From Lingula anatina (Eukaryota > Animalia > Brachiopoda): a DNA stretch of 64,000 nt. Under the pieces are notes generated by a model. That model had not been told where the DNA came from. It worked only from the letters and a program-made list of their open reading frames with translations, and did no database searches. The number at the start of each line of letters is the position of its first letter. Within the stretch, counting starts at the first letter, position 1. A program made the position numbers and the translations under genes. The stretch is from contig CM120641.1 in assembly GCA_051362555.1 (NCBI GenBank), forward strand, positions 19,716,001 to 19,780,000, written 5' to 3'. Shown here in pieces: positions 40,514-53,056 of this stretch.

Positions 40514-41208
40514 GGATATTGTCACCCTTCGACCCAAACTTCTTATTTACTGTCTTACATATTCTTTTGGGTAATAAATAAGTCTTCAGTGTTCAGTGAC
40601 AAAATTAATTAACATTTACACGTCATCTTACCGGTAACACCATAATTGCGATTTTGGGGTAAAAACTTAAAAAATCCCTTTCTTTAATTTCTCTTTTACC
40701 TGAGCACCCACGGTCACCGTTTCAACGCCGATTTAATAACATCATTTAGTTCTCCAAAAGCCAGCGATTTTTCTTCAAATTCTTAGTTCAGATTTTATCG
40801 TTGACAAAGCAAAATAATGCCTTTGATTAATGAAAATCTATAATTAAGGGGCTCATAATTCCATAACAAAAACATTTAAACCAAAATGACGTCATGGAAT
40901 TGTACCCTACACTTTCGTGGTCAACTCTGCCTATTTTTGTGATAAAATCTTGTTCAGGGATGAAGTTACGCCCCATACCGATTGCTATCTCAACTCAAAA
41001 TAAAAAGGTGTTAAACTGAAGATTAAAAATTTGGGTTGCCTATGCTTATACATTGCAACGAAACAATACAAACGCCGATATTTTATATTTTTGACGGTTT
41101 TTCACTGTTTTAAATCAGCAGAAAGATAGATGCATTATTGAATAATGATGCAGGAATGCAGGAAAAAAAACTCATTTTCGGTATCTTGATGATAGGGTTA
41201 CAAAATCC
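40514..41208. mobile_element. Non-autonomous TTAA-target DNA transposon
   Basis: ttaa|ggatattgtcaccct ... agggttacaaaatcc|ttaa. The paralogous site at ~31863 (gtcaccttgcttaaagacaga) is empty. Confidence 0.88.
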
Positions 41209-41547
41209 TTAAAGGCAGAGAAACGGACGACCGGACAGACAGGCGATCAAACAGAAAGACGGGGAGGTCCGACAAATTGACAGACAAACAGACAGATACA
41301 CAAGTTCGACCGCATGTTACTACACGTGAGGGTAATAGGTGACATGTAGTAGGCCTGTTTGCAAAGGGGTCAGTGTATTGCTGACCCAATCATTTACCGA
41401 ATCATTTATCCCCCAACAGTCCAAATCAAATAGATAAATAGTTTGCTGTATTTATTCGACATCCGTGTTTGACCACGGCAGCAAACCTGCGGACGTTGTT
41501 CTCACGACAAATCCCTGCATCGTTTCTCACAGCGCGATAACTGAAAA

Positions 41548-44500
41548 ATGCCGCAGAGAAAACAGAGCCGTTTGAAAAGAAAAACACTTTTAAAAGCTAT
41601 TTTTATGGTTTGGGTTGCGCTGGAGACGACAATGGGTAAGTTTTCAACTGTACTATGCATATATGAAAATTTGTTTCATGAAATTTGAAGTAAATAATTT
41701 ATTTTTTATTATGTTTCATTTTTGCTTTAACAATTGATTCAACCAGATTTTCGTTATTTCTTTTGTCCAAAAAAATTGTTCCACAAGATATAAGGTGATC
41801 GATTTTATGTCTACTGTATATATCAACAAACTTTGTTAATGATATAATACATAAATACAATCAACAGAAAGAGTTTTTGAATTTAATACTAACAAAAGCA
41901 CCATTTAAAAAAGTACCCATTGGATTTCACTGACAATATAATAAAATATATAAAAACTACCAGACGTTTTGAAGAAGACGAGCGTTTTTCTTACTCAGGT
42001 TATTCTAACAAGCCGGATAACATGGGGGTGGAATTTTACATGGCGTTTGGCGAAAATTACCCAAACTCCAGAAGTCTGGAACTTTTTATCACGACTAGTG
42101 TGAACCGAACCATAACTGTGAATATATCGGCACCTTTGTCCAGCACCGTGTACGGCGGAGATACGGTATGTAATTCTAAGATGCCCAAGAGGGGGAATTA
42201 CGCCAAAAATGTCAATTTAAAATTATCCAGAGTGGATTTTCCTTTTGTTACAAGAACGTTTTGTTAGGATTTGAGATCCAATATACATAAGGTAAAGATA
42301 TGGAATTTGCTTTATTTGTACCTGCATCTGGGAACAATCATGGCCAATTGGCGATATTAGAAACAAAAAAGAAAATATGGTCAGATTTTTAAAATTCAGG
42401 TATCAGTCACAAAAGGTCAAGTTCGCACAGTCCAGATTCCCAAAGATATAAGGATGACCGGAAGCGGTGTCCAGTCCAGAGGGATATACATCACGGCATC
42501 AGACGAGATCATAGTGTATGCGGTCAACAAAGAGCACTACAGCTCGGACTCATTTTTGGTGATTCCGGCGGACGTGTTAGGAACGGATTACTTTGTGCCA
42601 GCTTGGCCCAGGAATACCGCAGTCTCTGGAAGGCAGGATCCAGGACAGATAGGTAGATTGAAAAAAAAAATCAGATAAAAGAATAAATAAATCAGTTAAT
42701 AAATTAACCAATTGATTCAAATGTAACAATAGACAGATATAATTATCAATTTTGTTGCTTTTATGTCAAACACAGTTTAACTTTATATTGGAGAACCTAT
42801 ATCACAAATGTGATTTCTCTTTTAAAAAATGCTTGCCTCTCAGACAAGAGACACAAAAACGAGGGAGAATACATTCCGTTGGTGGTGAATGAAAAGATTT
42901 TCTCTTTTTTTAAGATTTCCTTTTTCTTTCTTTATTCTTCTGAAACTGCTGTACATATAGGACCTCAACTCGCTGTGTGTCGTATCGCAATCTATTCTGA
43001 TGACGTAGAGTAAATATTGGTAATAATTGTCACTATTTTCTGTCGTTCTCCCTACTTTTAGGACTGGTAGCAACGGAGGACAGTACAAGTGTAAACTTCA
43101 CCATGCCAAGTCATTCTTTCTCCTGTTCGTACAATGGACAAACCTATAGCAGTGGCGATTCTTTCACCGTCTCGCTAGACCGATGGCAAACGTTCCAACT
43201 TCAGTGCGACGAGGACCTAACTGGGGCACGAGTCACATCCGATAAACCCATTGGGGTAGTGTCTGGTAGTAAAAGGACAGAGGTTCTAAGTACAAGTGGT
43301 TCCAGATCGTCAGACCATATGGAAGAGATGATTCCATCCGTCCCGACGCTTGGGAGGCACTTTGTTACAACACCCCTCTCTGAAAGATCCGCGGGGGATG
43401 TTTTTCGAATTATTGGTAGGTGAATTCATATTTCAGGAAGCTCAAGGCGTTTTTCATACATTACAGTAAATTATAGCTATATGCGACGGTGGCCTCCTAA
43501 AGGTCATTTCTGAAGTAGAAGTATTTCAATGTGTGGTCATAATGTTATAATAATGTAACATTTGGGGACACTTGCTCTACGAAAAGCCTCAATTTGTGAA
43601 ATGCAAACCGAAAATAAATAAGAGCCACTTTAGTAAAACAGAATATTCTTTCCATACCATCCAGGCACTGTGCAAGGAACCACGGTGACAGTACAGGGCA
43701 CGACAACCGGTACCAGTACGTACACTTTGAACGCTGGCGAATTCCAACAGCTACTCGTCTCGTCTAACGACTACCTGTATATTGAGGCCAGCAAAGCAGT
43801 CCTTGTTGTACAATATTCAAAGTCTTGTAAGTAGACTTAGTGGTGTCTTCATTTGGTCTATTATCTCATTAAAAATGCCGTCGCGTGGTATTACTTTGAA
43901 CTAATGCTAAGGTAATGTTACACTTCTGTTTTTGACTGCATTCATGATATTGTGCTTAGGAAATTGGATAAGTGAATTGGCTATAATTAATAAAAGCAGC
44001 AATAAATAATCAATTTTTTTTTTTTTTTTTCATTTTTAAGAATTATTTTCACGTAATAATAGACAAAGCTAGACAAACAAGTAAACTTAGTAAAAAGTTA
44101 ACATTTTCTCGTTTTACAATCTGTGAAAAGAAATTAAATGTAATTCAGAATAATGAATGATATCTGATTTGCAGCCAGTGCAGACTATGCTCAAACCGAC
44201 CCATTCATGATGCTGCTTCCTCCACTTGAACAATTCGACTCTTACTACACTCTGGCAACGGTAGAGGGCGTGTCAGCTGCTTTTAGAAACTACATTAACG
44301 TTATAATCAAGATGGACCAATTATCAGGGCTGTACCTTGACGGGGCACCTGTAGCACCAGGAGATGTATCCACAAATTGGACGCAGATATCTAATACGCA
44401 GTACGCAGCAGTCATATTGTCAGTTTCTCCTGGAACTCACACCCTATACCACCAGTCACCAATCGTTGTTTTTTCCGCATTCGCCTATGGTCACGTACAG

Positions 44501-45766
44501 TACGAATCTTACGGATATCCCGGTGGATGTCGGTTGGCGCCTATAGGGGATTACTGTAGTTTGACAACTTCAGTGGCAGGAGATGGGTTGGATAATGACT
44601 GTGATGGTCTTCTCGATGAAGAACTCCTAAATTACATTGATGACGATGGTGATGGTCTCGTCGATGAAGATGTGGCCTTAGCTTCCAATCCAGATCAGGC
44701 GAATTTTGTGGCCGCGGCGGAAGCTGCGATGACGACTACCGAAATGGTACCTACAGAAATTACCACTACTGAGATTCCAAGCACCACTACCGAAGAAGTA
44801 AGCACATATGTCGGCGTGCAAAGCACCACAGAAATGGTTACAACAGAAATTACCTCTACCAAAGAGGCAAGTACCTCTTCCGGCGTACGAATCACCACAG
44901 ACAGTGCTGCAAGCACCACAACTTTAGCCGCTGCTGTCGGCACTTCTTTATCTACAAAACCAAGAAACACCTCCACAAGTTCTCCTACTACAACTACACA
45001 AAACACGTCACAGGTAGGGTCTCTTACTACAACTACACAAAACACGTCACAGGTAGGGTCTCCTGCTACAACTACACAAAACACGTCACAGGTAGGGTCT
45101 CCTACTACAACTACACAAAACACGTCACAGGTAGGGTCTCCTACTACAACTACACAAAACGCATTACAGGCAAGGTCCCGTACTACAACTACACAAAACA
45201 CATTACAGGTAGAGTCTCCTACTACAACTTCACAAAACACATTACAGGCAGGGAACGCCGCTGCTCAAGTTGACGATGTCCCTTTAACATTGGTGGAGAC
45301 AGTAGGGATTTCGGTTGGAACAGTTGTTGCCGCTGGCCTGATTGGGTCTTGTTTGGTGTTTTTCATCGTTGCGAAGTACCGACGTTGCAAACGCAAACAA
45401 CAAAAAGAGGAGGAGGAGGAGGCAGCAAAACTCACAGCGAGCAGGTCGTCTTCTCAGCAGAGTTTTCGATCCAACCAAGTAAGCCCTGCACTGTCGCGGG
45501 AGAATTCTCAAGTTAGCGCGAGCGAGGTTCAGATAGGCGTCACGCCAGAATCCCCGGGAAATTCACCACGGGATGACTTTTCCCTCACTCCTCCTCCGGT
45601 CAATCCTGGATTTGCTTGGGCGACAGGAAAGTCCACTCGTTACTTTCGAGTTGGAGGCCAAACACCTGTAAGAGGTTATAAAGCGCCAGATAAGAAGATC
45701 AAATCAAAAGCCCCTGGCCAAAGGCGCCCAGCCCTCAACCAACATATCAACATCACCGACTTTTGA
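41548..45766 (+). CDS. IgGFc-binding-domain type I membrane protein, copy C (long stalk, divergent leader and tail)
   Basis: Exons 41548-41635 (MPQRKQSRLKRKTLLKAIFMVWVALETTMG), 41999-42165, 42400-42652, 43062-43415, 43665-43826, 44175-45766, with consistent phases. Confidence 0.87.
44981..45253 (+). repeat. Coding 39-bp minisatellite, 7 units (SPTTTTQNTSQVG)
   Basis: tctcctactacaactacacaaaacacgtcacaggtaggg and variants occur in tandem. Confidence 0.92.
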
Positions 45767-46216
45767 TTAATGCAAGATGCAAAGTGTCTAATATTTTATG
45801 ACATAATGATACTTACAAGCTATTGATTGTAGTAAACAGAGAACAATAAGCTCAAAAACGCGTGTAATTGTATCCGTATTTTTAAAAAGTAAAAATTTTG
45901 CCACGAAACTCGACCATTTGCCACCATACAGTTTCAAATACATGTAGTATAATTAAGAGAAATACCAAAGGGAATCGTCACATATTTCCGGAAAAATGAT
46001 ATTTGAACGGATATTTTCTGTTTTCTTGCCGTGCTTTGAATATCTCTCAGCAGTTTCATTTGAATCAGTATACAATTGTGCGCTCAGCTAAACATCCATA
46101 CATGGGAGTGAGAGTACTGCGATTTTTACGAACTGGAGGGACGGATAAATCGTTCAATTTACGGTTAGAAATTTGAAGAAGGTGCAGTTTTATAGCCATT
46201 TTTGCTGAACGAGGGA

Positions 46217-47793
46217 TTAATTTGGTTTATGGCTCTGCATGTCGACTTTATTTGAGAAACTAGTGGAAGTGCATTATATGCGTTATGGGCTTAATATAAG
46301 TGTTTTTTACAGATTATTTATATTATTTTTTAATTTGAGTGAATGATTGTACAATTTGCATAATAAATGGATATGGGAGTAATCTACAATCGCTCCTTAT
46401 CTGCCTTTAACTTCGGTAAATAAAACTTCTTATTTTCTGTAACGCTCAATTCATAAACCTCTGCATATATATCGTTTAGGCATGGCATGCTATTGCGGAA
46501 ATGCACTTTGAAAATCAAATTTTGTTCTTGGGAAGACAACTTCTGCATACCTGTACTATATAGGCATACCGTTGTTCGTCATTACAGCGTACATATTAGC
46601 ACAGTGGCATTTTAAATCACTACAGAATAACTTCAACTAAAGCTACAGTCAGTAAAATGGTGGTGAATGTTTTCTCGTTACTCTTTACCTTGTTTTATAA
46701 CCAAATACTATTAGACCATACTATAAACCCCCAAAATACAAACATCGTGGTCCTTCCGATAGCAAATTAACCCTGATAATAACAGACCACTTAGCTTGCA
46801 GGAAAAACAAATAAAATCCACAACTTTCACCTTGACACTAGTTACCGTCTTAATAATGAAGCTTGTCAAAAACTGTTGTGGTGACCCGGCCACTCTGGTT
46901 TCCCAATGCTTCGTGTGATTCAGTTGTTACTGGAAAAGCATAGTGGAGGATATTCGGAGAACGCCAGTAAATACCTCTCCCTGTAAGGTGGTAAGATCAA
47001 TAATAGCCAGCTGTCGTCGGGCAGAACCAGTCTCATTCAAGAGGGCACGTTTTGGCACATTTACGTGTTGATGTAACGCTGGAAAAAAATAAAACGAAAA
47101 AACACTTAATGATTTTTAATGATTTAAAATTGAACCATTAGAATTGTGATCTACCTTAACCCAAGAGTCCTAGACTTTGGAATAAAATCAATGCCCCTTT
47201 TTCTATATGGTAAAACAAATGGTACATGTATGACTTAAAACCGTTTAATATACCCCCATTCCTATCCGTCTACACCCCAGATACCACAGACACTTCAAAT
47301 TTTCTTAAAGACACAATGACCGTCCAGAAATAAAAAAAGTTAATTCTCCGTGAAATTTCAACACTTTCTTTTGTAATTCGCCACGGTATACCATATCAAA
47401 AAAATTTGACATAAATTTGGTCTAGACACTCGTTGTTGAATGGAAATTTTCTAATTTTCGAGTCACGCTCGTAATGGAGTTGGAGACTGCAGAATTTTTG
47501 TCTTGACGGTTACAGACAGGATTTATAACTCGAAAACGTGTAAAGTTCAACAGTTTTGGATAAGGTTTACCCTGGTGATGAAAGCAACAATCATTGAAAT
47601 TTCTGTGAAATGTATTTTATGAGCATCATTATTTTCTCATTTATCAATTAATTTATCTTATTTATCAATTAATTTATCTTATTTATCAATTAATTTGGTT
47701 TATGGCTCTGCATGTCGACTTTATTTGAGAAACTAGTGGAAGTGCATTATATGCGTTATAGGCTTAATATAAGTTTTTTTCACAGATTATTTA
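46217..47793 (+). repeat. ~100-bp direct repeat pair (46217-46320 and 47690-47793) plus a 21-bp triplication at ~47638-47696
   Basis: ttaatttggtttatggctctgcatgtcgactttatttgagaaactagtggaagtgc... is present twice and nearly identical. Confidence 0.8.
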
Positions 47794-48609
47794 ATTAAAG
47801 TAATATGTGCGGACGGCTGTAATCTATCAACGATTCTCTTGAAATGACATTATTATTTTCAATCGTTTAATGCAACATATTAAATGTGGCAACAATCGAG
47901 ATAATTTTCTTCAATCTTTAAGCGACACTTTTTCTCATATTTGCAAAAAAATAATAAAATTAAAGGATGGGCAACCAGCGGGGAGTGATGCGTGCGAGAT
48001 CTTTAAATCATGGATATAAAGGGCGTCGTAAACAGTAAATATCATGATGGCCCTTTATCCGGTAGCAAATTAATCCAAATAAACTCAGAGCACTTGCCTT
48101 GAAGGCATTGCAAATAAAAATTCCCATTACGTGCTTTACATTCTGCGACTACATCGTCAATGAGTAAATTTGTCAACAAAATCTTGATGACCTCACTTAA
48201 AGCAGTGGTCACAGGTCTTGCTCTGCTTTCAGTATAATACTAATACTAGCAGTTACCCGCAAATTGCCAAATCTGCCAGGTAAAAGAGAAAATAAGACGA
48301 AAATGGGATTCACATTTTCTAGTTTGTCTGTAACAAATGCCAAACAGATGCAAAGCATGACATTTCAGTGTTTTCTGTATAATGTTACTTTACAACAGAA
48401 CAGACATAATTTTGAGATACATATAGTTACATGTGCACAGTCATTTATTTATTTATTTTATTTTTAAACACTATAAAAACTGTTATGAAATAGTGAGTAA
48501 TGCCTTCTCTTTAAACTTAAATGTTTCGATTATTATTGAGTTTTTAGAATTAAAAGTTATACAAACCATTCTCAACAACAATTGAAACGAATCAGCAATT
48601 ATACCCAGT

Positions 48610-48809
48610 CATCCCCGTAGCCGGGGGGGGGGGGGGGGGGGGGGGCGGGGAGGGGGTTCATTTCAAGGGATTTGAAAGAACCCCTCTTTTCGCTGGGAAA
48701 AGGTCCCTTATGGGTAAAATTTTTATCTAGGCACTCGGAGGTTTCATGGTAAAGGTCCACTTTTTTTAGAAAAAGAACCCCCTTTTGAAAATTGCTGGCT
48801 ACGGACCTG
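48610..48809. mobile_element. Poly-G MITE (hAT-like)
   Basis: Ends catccccgtagcc ... ggctacggacctg, with a degenerate 5-bp flank (ccagt/tcaga). Confidence 0.55.
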
Positions 48810-50193
48810 TCAGAAGACCATATTTTAAAACAAAATCATATGCCAAACTGGGATGATCCCAAAATCTTACCTTAGAGTCAAACTTTCAAAACATTATATC
48901 ATGGATCCTAGGTTTGACAAAATACTTTATTGCCTTTTTGGTTGAAATAAGAGCGTATTTTCATATAAGAATGGTCAGAGTCTTTCATTCCCCTAAGTAA
49001 TGTAAATATATAATGTAGGCCTATGTATAAGGTAACAACAAGTTATATTCTTGGTAATGGTAGGCCTACATGTAATTTCCTTTGATATGAAGAGCTATCA
49101 CTACATTTTGATTTAGCTGGCTTATCTAATTTTTATTTGGTGAACACGAAGTGACCCTGCAAGCCGGAACGATGAAATGTTCTAGCCTAGTATCCAAGAT
49201 AGAACTTAGATCCTAGTTCTAGCTAAATGCCATACACACGACAGCGAGACAGATATCGGCTTCCAGACTTCCGACTTCCTACTTCAAAGAATTTTAATAT
49301 TCACCCTCACGCAAGTCACTAAAACGAAACATTTCCACTCAACGATCTTTACGATTCTCCAGAAGATAACAGCATTCTAGGCATTGAGTTGAGGTTTGTG
49401 TTGGAGAGTAATAACATTCTGATAGTTGTGACAAAATAACCGCTACTGCAATAATAATAATAGTAGTGAATCTCAATAACATACAAGGGCCCAGTTAAAA
49501 GCAAGTAATGATCACAAGATCCTTAATGTTTGCCTTGTTGGGTCAGATAAGGGATAGATTCCAAGCAGATTCACAATCTAGTCCCTTTCATCTAATGCAC
49601 TTAATCTGTATCGATGGAGCACAGCTGTCTGTCACGCCCACAGGCACGTTTTTATTAAGTTTCTCTGTTTGTTTCAAAGCTGCTATGTGATGTTGCAAGC
49701 AGACCCACATCAATACCGAGGAATAAAAAGGAGATAGAACTAATCTTTTTGTAGTTTCTGTCCGTTTTAACTTTCGTCGTGGCTCTGGCGGTGGGCAATG
49801 GTTTTCTTTTTATCACATAAGCCTAGGGATTGGATAAACACAATAGCATATTCTAAGCGTAGTATTTGGGCAAGATCGACAAAGTTTCAAAGCAAGGTAC
49901 GGGATAGATGCCAGGCTGAGGTTTTCTATAAGGATTAAAAACCATGGAGAAGTCTTCTCTCTGAAATACAGCATAAATTCAAGCACAGGACATAAAAAAG
50001 GAAAGCCACTACTGGGTGATTCAGGGACATTTTAACAGAAATTACTTAAACAATTTCTTAAGTTTGCGTATTCATCCTCATTGACTGTACATTGTACAGT
50101 ATACTTTGTATAAACATTGTTCCAAAGAGAAATGCCCTCACTGAAGTTTCTATCATGTTAGTAAATATCGATGGGAAAACCTAGTTAATACAG

Positions 50194-50769
50194 ATGGCAA
50201 CCGAAACAAAGAACGTTTCCAGTAACTCTTTGAATAAACTACCAGATGATGAAAATGAAGAAGACGAAAACGAGAGAAAGTTTCTTGCAAGACGGAAAAA
50301 TATGCAACAATTTTACGAAACGCAAAAGGTCCGCGAAGAAATGATCGCCGAAAGTCGGATCAGACGCAGGCGAATAAAAGAGGAATTAGCAAAGCAAGAC
50401 AGATACAGAAAACTTGGTAGAACAGTCATCATTCCTGCTTGTTGTTTTATTGTTGCAGGCACAGTGGCAACCTGGAAGGGCTATGATTACTATTCTGTTT
50501 CGCCTGGCCAGAATAAAGATGCTCGAACTGCTCTTAAGATTCTTGGACCCCCTGCGTTGCTTTTTGGTGTCGTTCTCCTCGTTACAGCATACGCATTATG
50601 CAAATTTTCCCAGACAGGAAGTCATAGACAGGCCTACAATGATACCCTTGAACATTCATTCAATTTTTCTTATCCAGTCCATATGAAGGCCAACACTAAC
50701 GTTGGATCTAAGCAAAGACTTCTTATGCCAGCTATTAGCCCAGCAAGTTTAAGATCGGACCCGATCTAA
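50194..50769 (+). CDS. Uncharacterised 191-aa two-TM protein (PIRT/TMEM100-like architecture)
   Basis: Single ORF with a charged N-terminus, TM1 TVIIPACCFIVAGTVATW and TM2 ILGPPALLFGVVLLVTAYAL. It aligns by eye with 54243-54689. Confidence 0.75.
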   Translation: MATETKNVSSNSLNKLPDDENEEDENERKFLARRKNMQQFYETQKVREEMIAESRIRRRRIKEELAKQDRYRKLGRTVIIPACCFIVAGTVATWKGYDYYSVSPGQNKDARTALKILGPPALLFGVVLLVTAYALCKFSQTGSHRQAYNDTLEHSFNFSYPVHMKANTNVGSKQRLLMPAISPASLRSDPI

Positions 50770-52167
50770 CTAAATCATTTAAAAATGAGTAGGCAAAGTG
50801 GACAGGATACTGAATTGGACAACAAGATACAGGATACTGAATCGCAAGCAAAAGAAACAAATCAGTACTCGTTTCAAAATAATTTTATGATAGAAAGGAA
50901 TAAAGGAGAGGAAAGAAATGCTTGTGTAACCTACAGTGCAGAACATCGACAAAGATGTCTGTTTTATCTCCTGCTGTTGAAAGCCAACCAGGGGAGATTG
51001 ATGAAAATTCTGTTTTATGGCAAGAATATTGACGCTGCAAAAATGTTTACTGTTGAACTTGCAATTGCTTTTTTGTGGATCGATGCCGTGGCGATTGGCA
51101 CTCAAACTCGGACCCGTACCACAAGCGCTCAAGCATAAATGCTTTATATGTACGTTTGTCTTATTTCTTTTTTTTTCCATTTTAAAATGCTTCCCATGTA
51201 ATTACTCCCCATGTAGCAGTGTCTCAAAAGATAAACAGATGGAAAACCAATGACTGTGATAGTTTGAATTGTGATTACCCGACGGTGAGGTCGCATATTC
51301 AACGGATATTACTTCCTTACGTGTACAAGTTAATTTCCATGGCTTAAACGATAAACGTTAATTCTGAGGACCTCCTTCCAACTTAACCCCACGCACGCAC
51401 ACGCACTCGCGCAAAGTCAAAGAAAATTGTTGCAAGCATATATCTTGTCAACAATTTCTGTTTTGTGTCGAAAATAACTCTGCTTAAATATTGCTTAGAT
51501 AGATAGATAGATGGATAAGAGCAAGTTATCTAATTTTGTGACATGTTCATTTTGGTCTTCCATAAAATTAACGTATCTTTTTGGCGAACTGAACAAAATA
51601 GAAATAGCATCAAAATTTGATTACGGGCAACATCAAATTTGAATGTTAATGGATTTGAATATTCTCTTTTCATTTTACTGCCATGCATGTTAATAATCCT
51701 TGTTTTTATGAAAGTGGAAACATATAATAAGCTTGATGAACTGATAGTTTTGAAGCTTTCCAACCATTAAACTTCCAACCCCCTCCCCCCCCCCCCCCCT
51801 CTTTTTGTCACCCCAGTATTTTGATCCACGAGGCTTATCACAATTCAAAGTCAGATTAATGTTCATATTTAACAGGGGCCATCTGACCAGTGGAATTCGT
51901 GTGATTCGATACCATCTTGGGATATTCCAGGCTTCTTCGGCGCTTCAGGTGAAGGCTTACGGTGACATTTACATTATGATAAGAACGGGGTTTCGGAAAG
52001 CAATAAATAAATAAATAAATAGTGTGCATTCTTCCTGATGCGTCTTTTCAAGTGGAAATGTGGACAGTGTCAAACCAAATTGCTCAGGTCCGTCTCAAAA
52101 CAATTTACTGGGGCTGTAAGTGACAGCGCAATCCTCAAATAGAAGACTTTAGAGCTACAATAGAACC

Positions 52168-52236
52168 TATAAAAGGCACACGATGCACATTACAACTTTA
52201 TTTAGCAATTTCAAAGAAATTTCCATATTCATTCAG
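52168..52236 (+). promoter_or_regulatory. TATA box and putative non-coding first exon of the 54243 gene
   Basis: cTATAAAAgg at 52168-52174, donor CAG|gtaaat at 52237, and a matching acceptor ttttacag ending at 54207, 35 nt before the ATG. Confidence 0.5.
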
Positions 52237-53024
52237 GTAAATTCTTTTTATATTTATCTATATAAATATCTCATTTTCTGTCTTTAAATCTATGTGAATG
52301 AATACAGTGTATGGTTGTCGACGCACTCTAGTTAAGAACCAAACTTTTTAATTTAGAACCCATGTGAACAGACCAAATAACATAGCACGCTGTCAGGCGT
52401 ATTAATATTGCGTCTCTACAGTGTTGATTAATATTGGAGGTTTAGGGGGCAACCGATGTCATGTTTGATGATTTGTGTTGACTGCAGTAAGAAATTGTTA
52501 TATATATATACCGCACACACTAGTACTGTGCTGGTGTTAAATATATAATTTTTTCCATTATGTTAACTGTTGATTTTATGACTATCAACCCTTGCAGTCC
52601 TGACACTCGGTGTGCGTATTACTCCTTCGTGTAAAAAAAAAAATATGCATATACAAGAGAGTAATTGCATGAACATGAGCTACGTTTTACATATTGCGTA
52701 TAACCCCTATTATACGTCACTGCTACACTTGCAAAGGCGAATGGCCTCCCTCAAATAATCCAACGTAGACACCTTACGTGATGATTGAAGAATGTGAAAT
52801 ACAGATGTGTACCAATTAGAACGTCTCTCTCTCTCTTAAAAAGGAAGGATCTGGCTTTTTACAAAAATGGAAAGGGGGGCATCCCTATCGTTTGTCTTTA
52901 CACACGAACCTGAAATTCTCTAAACCTGGGTCTACCACAGCAAAACAGCAAATCTTTATGACGCAGTGAGCAATTTTCTTTGACTACAATAATAAGTCAA
53001 ACGCAAAATAGTAATGATAATGAA

Positions 53025-53056
<32 letters not shown>

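Noticed and set aside
29500-45240. Val-rich antisense ORFs (29500-29889, 38103-38594, 44695-45240)
   Set aside because: Mirror frames of the Thr/Ser-rich stalk codons.
25947-45766. Bacterial contamination or recent HGT as the source of the IgGFc genes
   Set aside because: Each copy has five canonical spliceosomal introns and is interleaved with host-type transposons.
50779-51253. ORFs of 117, 133 and 78 aa directly after the 191-aa gene
   Set aside because: Overlapping on both strands with no homology or motif. Most likely 3'UTR.
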